The position numbers and the translations under genes are program-made. Below are positions 34,370-45,697 of a DNA stretch of 64,000 nt, one piece after another. Each line of letters begins with the position of its first letter. The first letter of the stretch is position 1. The notes under the pieces are model-generated. The model was given only the letters and a program-made list of their open reading frames with translations, had not been told where the DNA came from and made no database searches. Source of the stretch: Diplonema japonicum (Eukaryota; Protista; Euglenozoa: Diplonemea); NCBI GenBank assembly GCA_964019335.1, contig OZ025683.1, forward strand, positions 525,564-589,563, written 5' to 3'.

Positions 34370-35376
34370 GAGCTCGTCCGGAAAAAAATGTCAACAAATG
34401 ACCCTCCTGCGGCGTAAAACCCCCGTTAAATTTCTAAGTAAAAAAGTAGTCCGACACCACTTTGTGTGCAGAAATGCAGTCTAAGCTTGAACACCATATA
34501 GGTCAAAATGCTCGCCGCTTGTTTTATTTTTAAAACGCGTGCAAAAACATGTTTTTTAGAATGGTTTTTGGCAAACGATTCAATTTGGAAGTTACAAATA
34601 ACCCAGACTCCATTTTTATTTTCGTTTTTCCGTGAAAAGTGACAGGAGGAATGGACGCAGATTGAAAATCTGTGAAACCTTTGGGGTCATTTTGGGTGGG
34701 CTGGACTCTAAATCACTATTAAAATGGGGTGTGGAGAACTTACCCTTAAAGTGCCATTTTGGCCTATTTAGGCTAAAATCCCTTTAAACCCCCTTAAAAA
34801 AGCAAAATTTTCACTTTTAAAGTATTATGAGTGCAAAAGAAAAGGAAAAACCTCAGCAGATGGGTAGAGAATGAAAGTTTGACCCCAAAGATACCAATGT
34901 CGAAGCTCTGCATAAGCAGGCAAGTGTTAAGAATTGGTTTTTCTGAAAAAGGCCAAAATCCCTTAGGAACCCCTTAAAAAAGCCAAAAAATAGGGTGTAA
35001 AAAACCGGATTTTCGGGGGCTATGCGGCGCCATATATTTTTCGGTACTTTTAACAGTAACCCACCCTGGGTTGTACCCAGGGGTCACAAGTGCGCTTGAA
35101 CACCAATTTTATGCACCCTAGATGCTGCATTTTAAGCAATAAAATTGCATTTTAAACATTTTCCGCCGTTTTTTTGACCTCTATTTTTCGCTTCCCGGGG
35201 GCAGCCGGTTGCAAAGCCTGCCACCCTCATGGCAAAACAAGCATCGCAATTGAAAGAACGGCGATGTATGTCATCTTCCTATGGTTGCATGCTGCCCTTT
35301 TTTTGCTCAAATAGTCAAAACAAGAAATTTTCGGAGGTGCCCAAAAAAGTGTTGACATTTTCGTCCGGACGAGCTC
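34370..35376. mobile_element. Non-autonomous TIR element (1007 bp) with Sola-like GAG...CTC termini and ATAT TSD
   Basis: GAGCTCGTCCGGAAAAAAATGTCAACA ... TGTTGACATTTTCGTCCGGACGAGCTC; ATAT at 34366-34369 and 35377-35380. Internal ~35-bp direct repeat at about 34771 and 34951. No ORF. Confidence 0.92.
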
Positions 35377-36952
35377 ATATAAAGAAATAAGAAATGGGAC
35401 CAAATTTGAAATGAGAGGTTTTAGTTTAGAAAAAAAAGGGTGGAAAGGGGAAGCAACGGAAATTAAAGAACCACTGGAAATGAAGTGACCAGCTTTTGTG
35501 TTTCTTCGAAGTTTCATTCTTTTTCTTACTTTTGCTGTCCCCAGTTATCCCCCCTCGTTACTGGTTCTTTGCTATATCCCCTCTCAATTTTCTTTCCCCC
35601 TTTATTATTTTTTTGCTTGAGGTGAGGTGGCTTTCTTTTATATATTAATTATTGGTATCATAAAACCAGGGGTTTTTTTTATGCCCCCTCCTCGCGCAAA
35701 AACATTAAAGGCTTCATTCAGATGTTGCATACGAGCAGAACAGGCTCTTGTCGTTTTCTCTCTCTCTTCTTCTTCTACACCTTACTACTGAAAAGAAGAG
35801 AAGGAGAAGAAAATAAAAAGCTTGAGACATTGTTTCGTTTTGCATTTTGTTTACTTCTTCTTGATCTTTCTACCCCCCTGCGCTTCTATAGAAGCAGTTG
35901 GGTAGATAAGGGTTAAGAGGGGTTCACGATGGCATCGAGGGAAAATACACGCTCAGTAACAAATACACGCTCTTATTGAGTCGCCTCACTTTTTTTTTTT
36001 AAACTATATTTGGTTCCCTTCCTCTCTTGTCGGCTCGTTTTCTTTTTTATTCCCTTATGGACTTGGAACGCTTTATGTTCTGTCTCGCCTGCCCCCCTCT
36101 CCCTCATGTCACTGCTAATTAAGCAATTGCAAGAAAAAAAAGAGAAAAAAAAGAACAAAGAAACCTCGGTTGATTCTTTAATTAGTCCCGGGGTTTCCTC
36201 CAATTTTTCTTCTTCTTCTTTTTTTTTTTTTTTTTTTTTTTTTTTGATTTTTCATCGTAAGAGAAAGTCAGAATTTCTTTTTTTCTTGGCAGTGATTTTT
36301 TTCTTCTCCCTCTTTTTTTTTTTTTAAAAATTTATTTATCTTTATTTTGCGCGAACAATGTTTTGGCAGTGATTGTCCTTTTTTTTTTCCCTCCCTCCCT
36401 CCCTCCCTCCCCTTTTTTTAAAGCATCTTTAAATCGTGCTGAACAACTTCTTTTTTTTTTTTTTAAAGACAAGACAGCGTGCAAGACAGTGCAAAATGCG
36501 ATCATTCGCAATTTTTCCACACAAGCGATTCTTTATTTCTTCCCTTATACCCTCCCCCCCCCCTTTTTTTGGAGGGGAAGGAATGAAAACCGTTATTTTT
36601 TTTCTAATTATTTGTTTTTTTTTTTCCCAAAAAACAAAATATAGATGAGAACAGAGGGACTCACTAAACTCATATTTTATTTTATTTTCTCTAGCGGACC
36701 AAGGTCTTCGAGCCTAGGTCTCAGGTGTAAGACGACTGGAACTGTGCACATTTTAAGCAGCACAACGGACTCAACAGCAGAGCAAGTGACGGGTCTGATA
36801 GTACTAGCGTACAGCCGAGTACTTAGCCTCACAGTTTTAACCTGCAAAAGTTTCTTATTTTTTCATGCCACTGCACTCTATCTAACTGATCTGTCGTTCC
36901 CCTCCTCCTCCTCTTCCCCTGTTTGTTTCTCTTTTCTTTCTTTTTTTTTTGT

Positions 36953-36989
36953 GGGCCGTTGCTAACCACTTCGTTCCTATCGCAGTGAT
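36953..36989 (+). repeat. Dispersed element, copy 3 (5'-shortened)
   Basis: GGGCCGTTGCTAACCACTTCGTTCCTATCGCAGTGAT. Confidence 0.85.
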
Positions 36990-37246
36990 TTTTTTCCATT
37001 ACCCCCCCCCCCCCCCCCCTTTATAGACGATGAATGGTAATTTTGTTTTCCCCGTGTTTTAGCTGCTTTTTTTTTTTTTTTTTTTTTTGCCTCTGTGGGG
37101 AGTACAGTTTTTACACGAAGGACTCATCTTTTCTTCGTCTTCCTCTCCTTCTCTACCTCTCTTTTTATTCTTTTTTTTTTGTTGAAAAGAAAGTATTAAA
37201 AGTATCAAATAATTCTCTTTCAGGTAAATTCAACAAAAAAGTAATA

Positions 37247-38827
37247 ATGACCCCCCTCGTTTCCCGCGTTGCGGTGTTGCTAAGTATGCTTGCCTGGACG
37301 GAGGCGCACCTCACCGTGATCTGTACATCGTCGTCGCCGCAGCAGCCGAACACCTTCGCCTTCTGGTTCATCACCTACGCGCACGGGACCGGCCCCGGCT
37401 ACACGGCCCCCGGGAAGGTGTTCATCCAGGACCCCAGCGCGAAGGTGATCGAGGCGGACTTCTCGAACGTGTGCAAGCCGACGGGTCCGCATGTGTCTGC
37501 GAGTGGGTCGACAGTGGCAGACTTCGAGGGGGAGCTGAAGAGTAAGTGCGCCGGGCTGTCGGACCCTCAGGGGAGGGTCCCCGTGTTCTCGGACAGTGCG
37601 GTGGAGTGCTACAACGCAGACAACAACAACCCTGTGCCCGACTACGCGGGAGGGCTGCGGAAGGGGCAGACCGTCTTGACGGACCGCTCGAGCAGCATGA
37701 CGGACTACTTCTACGTGGTGGTGGAGGGATCCCTGGACAAGCCGCTCATGTCGGGGGCGTACGTGACTTGGTTCACAGGAACAGACCAGGTCCTCGCCGC
37801 CTGCCCGTCGCAGTACCCGTGCTCCCTCGCATCCAAGCCGTGGACCTTCGACATCTCTGTGGTGACGGGGCCACCGAAGTGCACATCTGCGCCGGCAGCG
37901 GTGGCGAACGCGGTGCCCGGGTCGATGGTCGGGTGCGACGACGTGTACGCGGGAGGGCTGTGCCACGCGCAGTGCGCGCCGAGCTACTCGAAGATCGGGA
38001 CACTGGAGTGCAGGGACAACGGGGACGGGACGGCCTCGTGGGGGAGCGCCTTCGCCTGCACGAACGAAGTGGTGTGCGGGTTGCCGAAGGCGGGGAACAA
38101 CGCCGCCATCAGCTCCGACGTTGAGGGGATCCTGCACCCGTGCGCGACGCTCACCCCTGCGGGGACAAGCTGCCAGTACACCTGCAAGGGCTTCAACCAG
38201 GTGAGCGTTGGGGAGATCACCTGCAACGAGGTGAACGGGCAGGGGGTGTGGGAGGGGGGCAACAATTACGACGGGTGCGCCTGGACGGTGGCGCCGACCC
38301 CGTCCCCCTGTACTGGGGCGCAGGTCTTGGTGGACGGGGTGGCCGTCGCTGGGGTGTCTGTGGGCGGGGCGGAGAACAACAACGCCGGTGGCGGTGTGTC
38401 CCTGTCGAAGATCCCGGCGCCCCTGAACAGGATGGACCTCCACGTCCCCTCCCTCCCCGTGGCAACGGGATCGACGGTAGAGGTGAGCTGCTGTGGGAGC
38501 GAGCCCTGCGAGTTCGTGCTGTCGCACTACCACTGTCCCCCTTGCTCCAGCTCTGTGAACGGGGGCTTCCCCGCGTCCCTTCCGGTCCACGGCTTCGCCT
38601 CCGCCTCCTGCGGCCCGAGGTACGGCACCACGGAGCAGAGGATGTCCTCACACCACCTCCAGCTGCAGCCTGGCGAGAAGACCGCTGTCCCGACCACCGC
38701 CGAGGCGACCTCCTTCGTTGTCTTCAGCCAGGTCGGGGCTTTCACCGAGCCCTGGTGCCCTACAAAGAAGGTGGGGTGCGGCGGGCCTTGCCCGATCAAC
38801 ATCTGCAAGTGTGTTGACACCCTTTAA
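37247..38827 (+). CDS. Secreted Cys-rich protein with two sushi/CCP-like modules
   Basis: ATG 37247 after TTCTCTTTCAG; signal peptide MTPLVSRVAVLLSMLAWTEA; modules CHAQCAPSY...LEC...W and CQYTCKG...ITC...W; strong GC3 bias. Confidence 0.85.
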   Translation: MTPLVSRVAVLLSMLAWTEAHLTVICTSSSPQQPNTFAFWFITYAHGTGPGYTAPGKVFIQDPSAKVIEADFSNVCKPTGPHVSASGSTVADFEGELKSKCAGLSDPQGRVPVFSDSAVECYNADNNNPVPDYAGGLRKGQTVLTDRSSSMTDYFYVVVEGSLDKPLMSGAYVTWFTGTDQVLAACPSQYPCSLASKPWTFDISVVTGPPKCTSAPAAVANAVPGSMVGCDDVYAGGLCHAQCAPSYSKIGTLECRDNGDGTASWGSAFACTNEVVCGLPKAGNNAAISSDVEGILHPCATLTPAGTSCQYTCKGFNQVSVGEITCNEVNGQGVWEGGNNYDGCAWTVAPTPSPCTGAQVLVDGVAVAGVSVGGAENNNAGGGVSLSKIPAPLNRMDLHVPSLPVATGSTVEVSCCGSEPCEFVLSHYHCPPCSSSVNGGFPASLPVHGFASASCGPRYGTTEQRMSSHHLQLQPGEKTAVPTTAEATSFVVFSQVGAFTEPWCPTKKVGCGGPCPINICKCVDTL

Positions 38828-39860
38828 AGTTTTTTTTTTTTGAAAGATAAAAATTAAGATAAAAAAGAGAAAGAAGGGAGAGTTTCTTTCACTTGCTTTC
38901 TTTTCTTATCGCTTTCTATCGAGAAGTTCACATAGAATTTTTCATCGATTGATCTTTTTTTTCTATCTTTTTTTATTATACCTCCCCTCGCTTTTACTTC
39001 CTCTCAGCCTTAATAACAATAATATAAAAAAGTAAAAAATGATAACAAACTGTTTTTTTGTGCCGAGTAGGAATTTACTTCTGCGGGCTTTACCTTTGCT
39101 TTTTCCGTCTTGTCCGAGCAAAAAACCGAAAAGACATGTTTTTTTTACCATATTCAATTATTGTTATTATTATTATTTTTTTTTCTTTTTTTTTGCGATC
39201 GTTTGCATGCACCAGCTCAGTGTCTAAGTGTGGCTAAGATGTGTTAGACGGCTGTCTCACGTCAACCTACCGCCCACTGAGTTCGCATATATTTTCATTT
39301 CAGTGAGCCTCCCTCCCCTCCTTTCCCGTGCACGCTGAGGTATCATTTTACTGTTTGAAAAAGGGCCCCCTTTTCTATTTTTTGAAGTGCAGAGCACTTT
39401 TTTTTTCTTGTGCTCTAAACTTCTTTTATCAGAAACAAAAAAAAAAAAGAAGGAAATTAAAAGAAAAAGAAGGAAAGAAGCATTCCAACCGTTCTGCTTA
39501 GTCATCTGTCCTTATCTCTTAGGACTCTAATGAACTGCATAAAACGACACTTGTCACTTTGTCTGAGCTTCTCTTTTATCTCGCTGCCGAGAATGGCATG
39601 TGAGACCTTTCCCATTATTGGCTGGAATGCAACTTAATTTCTACTTTTTGTTTTCTTTCTTGTTTCTCTCTTTTCTTCTATTAAGACAAACAAGTTACTT
39701 TCTTTTTTTTAAAGCTTGTTGCATCCTGAACTCAAATCACAGGTTTTAGAAATACACAAAATGAAAATCTTGCACGAAACCACACCTTGCTGCTCACTTC
39801 ATTAAGCAAGCCCCGCAAACCGCAAGCCAGGCGAGAGGAAAGGTACCGACGTGTGAGGAA

Positions 39861-41150
39861 CTAAGGGAGGAGGAGGGTCCGCCGAGAGAAGCACGAAACT
39901 ACTACCCTCAGCTGGAAGGAACTGGTAACCCGCAGCGAGACCGAAGCAAACCTGGGAATGAACAACCCACAATGGAGGAGCAAGGGAGAAGCCTCTCCAA
40001 GGCCTGCAATGTTAAAATTTCCCTTAGAAAAAAAATAGGCTTGAAAAAAATCTTGGAACGATTTGGCATGCTGAATTTTCCCTGGCATGTTAAGATTTCC
40101 CTTAGGAAACTCACGGCCTTGGAGAAGCCTCTCCAAGGCTAAAAAACATACTGAGCACAGATTCATGTTACAACCCTTGCAGACAAAAAATGTTTGCACC
40201 CGGATCCAGAACATGCATTTGGTGTGTGCATTGTCTTGCTGCATCCAGTTTTGTTGGGCCGGTGGCCTTTGGGAAGTCGCGCCTGGCAGCCTCGCCCCCT
40301 CTGTCCCCATTTCAGAACTGGTGCTTGCCGGGCGGTTGTTTCCAGACTGGCGCATGACAGTCCCGGTGCACACCTTCACGTGTCCTCTTTGCAGGGCAGA
40401 ATACTCTGAAGCGATGCCCACCGTGTTGATCATACTCTCATCAATGATCGATTCTCCGGGGGAATAGTGCAGACGGGGTAGAGGAGCAAGAATCATATGT
40501 TTCGCAACTTGTCGGTTTCTTCACCTCTCCAAAATGCAACGACCATTGTAAGTGCAAAAGCAGTAACGTTTCATTACACTTGTGACGAGGATACAAATGA
40601 TCGCCAGATATCTAGTGCTTCGTCCTTTAAGCAACATGACCCTATGCCCGATGTACGTGGGTTCGGGTTCTATTGCTTTGGCTTTTTCCATTAGTTTGGT
40701 AACTGTCGGACCCCCTTCGTTGCACCATAATTCAAAAAAGGGAGTTCGTCTTGTCTTGGAGAGGCATCTCACGATTCTTGTTCATAACGAACTCATCTTT
40801 CGCCTTTTACTAAAGATGACCGTGGACATGGATCACTAAGTGATAACGTAATTTTTATAAAGGTCCAGCACCTTTCTTTTTGAATCGAACCGCCGCGGAC
40901 CAGCATTTTCTGGCGACCACACCTCATGTTATTTCATCATCCTTTCTGGCAAGAATGCGTCTACTGGGACTGCCGTGCGGTTCGGCGTTCCTATCGTCAT
41001 CAACCACCCCCTGAGATGCTTTTTGTGTGTGTTGTTATGTTAAAAGAATTATCTGAATAGAATGCTACGTGAGAGCGGTTGGGCACAAAACCCACAGATC
41101 CTGTTGGTGTTTGTACTCATTGCGCACTGTGAAAAAAGGTATATACAAGA
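39861..41150 (-). pseudogene. piggyBac-like transposase remnant (internally deleted)
   Basis: YSPGESIIDESMI matches the first catalytic Asp block of piggyBac, and TFFVCKGCNMNLCSVCF matches its C-terminal Cys-rich domain. They are far too close together for an intact gene. Short repeated motifs at 39985-40140. Termini not identified. Confidence 0.65.
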
Positions 41151-41969
41151 GAAAAGTAAAGATGTAAGTAAGTAAAGTTGAAGATAAAAGGTATATATGT
41201 GTTCATCGTAACACGACTCCTGTTCACAGCGAGATCGCTCTCATTTTTGCCCAGCCCCCTGGGGTGTTATAATGTGTGAGTAAAACAAAAATCACCGGAA
41301 GATAACATGTCCGGAAGAAAAAAATGCCCGGAAGCTCTGGTTTCTTGTGCTTGCTCTAGGGTTGTTCTTTTGCTTTGCGGTTTGCGTCATGGCGCCAATG
41401 TCGTTGGGGGAACGGTGTCTTTCCCAAGCCTGGGCCAACCAGCTGTGCTCCAAGCTGGCATCAGAATCCGCCGCCCAACAACAGGGAAGTCTAGCAGCCC
41501 CAAAGACACCCAAGCAGCGAGGAGGTTCGCAGAGGAAGAGTGCCCAAAAAAAAATGTCCGGAAGGACAAACCATTCTAAACCCTTCTTCGGAGCTTGATC
41601 AGTGTCGTCGAATGCCAACCAGGTTCAGTTCAATTGGCAACTTTTGCCTCGGCTCAGTTGGACTACTTTTTTCCCAATTTGCCCACTTTTGGCTAGGCCT
41701 TGTGACCCAGTTTCAACTAAGTCAGCTTACCAAGCTCCCCAAAAGACTTCAAATACCGAAGCAGCAAAAAAAAGGAACGAGTGGCCGCGCTTTGAGAAGG
41801 CCTGATTAGAGGCTGGTCAGTGACAGCGGCAGCTCTTAGTAACAAAAGGAGGGAAAACAACTTGTATTGTAACCTTTGTAATGCCTCTCTTTTTGTACCC
41901 CTTGTCACCCCTTTGTGTCCCTCGTGGTGAAGTAATTTCAAAGTGTCGTGAAATAAAACCACTTATCAG

Positions 41970-42422
41970 CACGCAGGAAATTATGGAGAACTTGGTCGCA
42001 GCAGGCGGCGATACAACGGGCAATAAAGCTAAGAAACCCACAGCTGCCACCACGGCCCTCCATCTAGAACTGTCTTCCCTCCTGAAGGCTGTCCAACGCG
42101 CGCTGCTGGACAAGGATCTGGAGGGCAGGTCCAAGACCCACGGTCCCGACGGTATCCGACTAAAGCGGTACTGGATCGTCGACTCGGCCGAGAACGTAGC
42201 TGCGGATATCAAGCAGCAGTACACGGCTTACAAAAGCCTGTCCCCTGCCACGTACGACTTCCGGGACATGTACACCAACCTCGACCAAGAGCGTCTGAAA
42301 GAGGGGGTTCGTAAAGCAGTCCAAGAAGCGTTCGACTTCACCGGCAAGAACCTCACCCGTGGCAAGGACGGGAGCTCCTTCACAGATGCCGACGAGGACG
42401 ATGTCTACACCCCGGAACGGAT
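41970..42422 (+). pseudogene. Penelope-like reverse transcriptase fragment
   Basis: RYWIVDSAENV...TYDFRDMYTNLDQERLKEGVRKAVQEAF resembles the W-I-x-x-S...TxDFxxLYTxI block of PLE RTs. No downstream MG/YxDD motifs. Confidence 0.55.
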
Positions 42423-42467
42423 CCATAATCCTCTTGGCAACTTTTCCCGCTCGACCTTGTCACGTGC

Positions 42468-44882
42468 TTGCCTCATGGTCGTTGGTGCAAACTTGGAGGT
42501 CTTCCGTGCGGGCATGAAAGAAAGCCCTTGCTTGATCGTTGGTCCCTTGAAACGAAGTCTCAGCGGCCACTGGTTCATCGCTCTCAGGAAGAAGGGAAGG
42601 TACATGGTCAAAGACACCGACGTACGGCTAAGGCTCCAGAGCTTCAAACACATCTGCGCGACATACTCGAACACAACATCCTCTGCATCCCAGACGATGT
42701 GTGGGCCAGGACAACCCCAGGCAGGAAACACAACACACGTGTTCTAGACCCTGAGGCTGAGTTTCGCCAGTTTGAGCCGGTCATCACCCCGGCGGCACCC
42801 CAGGTAAGCGACTCGAGCGCGCGAAAGACTGAGACCGCTCTCAACACCCCGAAAGATCGCACCCTCCTAACTTATGTCACCCTAGCTGCAGCTATAGCTA
42901 CATATGCCGCACGCACCCGACGGCTCGACACAGGAGTCGCCGCATCAGGTGTGGATGCGCACACCGCTCACTTCGGGCGGCCCGTCGCCACCGCCATCGT
43001 AGCCCTAGCTGCCGCCGTGGCCGCGCGAGCCGTGCACACCGGATGCTCTGTCACCACCACGTCTACGGCAAGCCAGACTAACGTGGTCGGAACTGTCCCG
43101 CTCTTCCTGAAGGTCTCGAGTCTGCACAAGTCTACACCACAGACAGCAGTCGCAACCTGTCAGACGGACCGTGTCACAGCACCTGTACTGTTCTCGATAT
43201 CATCGACGCTCCAGACGGATCCTCCCAGCAGTAGACTGCCCCCGATGGACGCCGGACTGGGGTCGCCCTCGGCCGCGGCGGTCAGACTTACGAAGTCTGT
43301 CGAAATTCCGACGCCCCGCGCGACCCTGTCGAGGCGGCCGGTTATTGAGCCTCGGTTGACACCATGCCTTCCACCGCCAACGGACGTGTCATCCACCCAG
43401 CTCGCGGCCTGCACTCAGTCCACCCGTCGGGACACCGGACACGGGAGTGACACACCGATGCCGTCGTCTACCATGGGACACGCGACACTCCAACCAGTGG
43501 TCGGCTCCCAGATTGTGACAACGTCGGCTGTGGAGTCATCGCTCGCCCGAGCCGTGACAACGCCCGTTCTGGCAGACGCCCCCCTCGGCGCCCGCCAGGT
43601 ACAGCTCACTCCTTGCATCCAGTCCGTCCATGAGAACATCGGACTCGGGATGGATACGCCGATGGCTCCCGCCATGGGACACGCGACGCTTCAACCGGTG
43701 GTCAACGCCCAGAGAGACACGACGCTGACCCTGGAGCCGCCCGTGGCCCGAGCCGAGGCAGACGCTCCCCTAGACCCTCACCAGGCGGATGGTGGTTTAG
43801 AAATGATCGACCTCACGCAGGACTCCCCGGACAGACCCTCGCGCAAGAAGAAGCACGACGGCACTGCTTACGAGCACGAAAGCCGTCGTGGTAAGAGTTC
43901 CTCCACAGGCGATGGGGATCTTCTCATCCTGCGCGAGCAGTCACAGGGTTTTGATCAGGAAGCCCTCAACCGAAGGGCCCTCCAGAGACGGATGGATCGA
44001 TACCTCAGTCTCTTGGTCTACTTCCGGCGACACCCGGAGCTCTTGGACGAACACCAGCGTCAGCTCCTGTCGGTCGGTCCCCTCCCGATGCACCTGGACA
44101 CCTCTCCACATCAACTGCTGCTCGAGGCCCGTGACACGGATAGAACTGCCGACCAACAGGCAACCGTCGCCAACCAGGAACAGCTTCTTCTGATTGCGCA
44201 CAAGGCGTTGCCTACCACCGAACGTCTTCGGTTGTCTCACGAATGGCACTCGGGGCTGAACACCGCGGTACAGCAACAGTGGTGGTCGGAGTTCTTCGCC
44301 CAAGGCGGCTGGAAACACCCACTCTTCGGTTCCGAGGCCCCAAGAGGTGACGAGACTAGGACTCCAGGGAGGACCCCTCTCCTGCTCACCTACAACGGGC
44401 AGAGGAACAAACGCCCGGAACCCGAAGACGGCCCCGCCCTTCCCGCGGCCAAACGGGATCTCGCCGCGACGAGGCCGAACACCAGAGTCACTGGACTTGT
44501 CGCCCTTAAGAGGCTCACCAGGGAAGCAGACGTCGACGGCCCTGAGGACCTGGATGAGCTTCGACACCTGGGCTTCCTTTCCCAGGGCGAGGCCGTCTTT
44601 GACCTCAGCTGCATGTCCAGGGCTTGCACACACTTCCTGGGTGAGACCCCCATGGTCACGGTCCCCCTCGACACACGCGTCGCGATCCCGTGTCTGCTGG
44701 TCTGTTATGACTCGACGTGGCTCTACGCTTCCCGCCAGGAACAGGGCTTTCGGTTGCAGACCCAAGGGTTCAAGGACAAGTCGTATCCGACCGTGGCAGC
44801 CCTACTCGCTGACTTCGTGGGGGCAGGGACCCTCTACTACAGCGAGTCACAGTGGTCGACTGTGCTGAACTCCTACAACTAG
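42468..44882 (+). CDS. Long ORF (804 aa) of unknown function, probably TE-derived (ORF1-like); 5' end chimeric or uncertain
   Basis: 2.4-kb GC-rich open frame; Thr/Pro/Ala-rich N-half with an internal duplication (DTPM..MGHATLQPVV twice); embedded among TE fragments. Confidence 0.5.
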   Translation: MPHGRWCKLGGLPCGHERKPLLDRWSLETKSQRPLVHRSQEEGKVHGQRHRRTAKAPELQTHLRDILEHNILCIPDDVWARTTPGRKHNTRVLDPEAEFRQFEPVITPAAPQVSDSSARKTETALNTPKDRTLLTYVTLAAAIATYAARTRRLDTGVAASGVDAHTAHFGRPVATAIVALAAAVAARAVHTGCSVTTTSTASQTNVVGTVPLFLKVSSLHKSTPQTAVATCQTDRVTAPVLFSISSTLQTDPPSSRLPPMDAGLGSPSAAAVRLTKSVEIPTPRATLSRRPVIEPRLTPCLPPPTDVSSTQLAACTQSTRRDTGHGSDTPMPSSTMGHATLQPVVGSQIVTTSAVESSLARAVTTPVLADAPLGARQVQLTPCIQSVHENIGLGMDTPMAPAMGHATLQPVVNAQRDTTLTLEPPVARAEADAPLDPHQADGGLEMIDLTQDSPDRPSRKKKHDGTAYEHESRRGKSSSTGDGDLLILREQSQGFDQEALNRRALQRRMDRYLSLLVYFRRHPELLDEHQRQLLSVGPLPMHLDTSPHQLLLEARDTDRTADQQATVANQEQLLLIAHKALPTTERLRLSHEWHSGLNTAVQQQWWSEFFAQGGWKHPLFGSEAPRGDETRTPGRTPLLLTYNGQRNKRPEPEDGPALPAAKRDLAATRPNTRVTGLVALKRLTREADVDGPEDLDELRHLGFLSQGEAVFDLSCMSRACTHFLGETPMVTVPLDTRVAIPCLLVCYDSTWLYASRQEQGFRLQTQGFKDKSYPTVAALLADFVGAGTLYYSESQWSTVLNSYN

Positions 44883-45697
44883 GAACTACTGGAGACGACC
44901 CTACGCAATGTAGGAGTGCCGGCCCGGCGTGCTACGAGGGCGATAGGCTATGCAGGGTCTCACAGACCTCGCACCCTATGATTTTAGTTTCCACCTTTTC
45001 CTTTTCCACTTCTTGACTTTTAACTTCCCTTCTGCTTTCCCAACATGGTTTCCGTCCCGGGTATGACGTTAAACTGCGTCCGCCGACACATTTGGGTCAA
45101 CATTCTCTGATGACCAAGCCGTCTTTTTCCGTTTCTTCTCCCCTTCTCTTTGTTATGTTATTTTCATTATTCTTTCTGGCGATAGACTGATACGGGCCAT
45201 GGAAGCAACCTCTGCTTAATTCCTGGTACGTGGGAGGCTCCTCTTGAGGATGTCAGTCACCTTTTCCCTTTTTTACTCGACTCTCTGTTTTCGTATGCAG
45301 TATTTATTCTTTCCCACCCCTTTTTATCTATTTCTTCGCTTCTTCATCCTAACTTAAAACCATTTCAGCTACCCCCTATTTACTGCCAAGAAGTAATGAC
45401 TTTACTTGGCGGTAGGTGGGTGGTTTTATTTCTTTTGGAACGGAAGATAATAGTGTCTGTCCTGGATCGCTTGGCATGAGAGGCAACGAGTTCTGGTCGG
45501 GCCTTGTCAGGAAGCCGCAAGCACAGTTACCGCCTGGAGTCAAGCAGCCAAAGAAAATCTTCAGAGAATTCTATGTGATGTCCGACGGTGCCATCGTGGA
45601 GGCCTGCAAGAATCGTCTCCCGATAGCTGTCTCATCAGTGAAGGAAACGATGTATGCTACGGCAATTTTACGACGGCAATTTTACGACGGTTCAATT

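Noticed and set aside
45107-45125. Hammerhead ribozyme at CTGATGA near the Penelope-like fragment
   Set aside because: No stem II followed by GAAA could be built.
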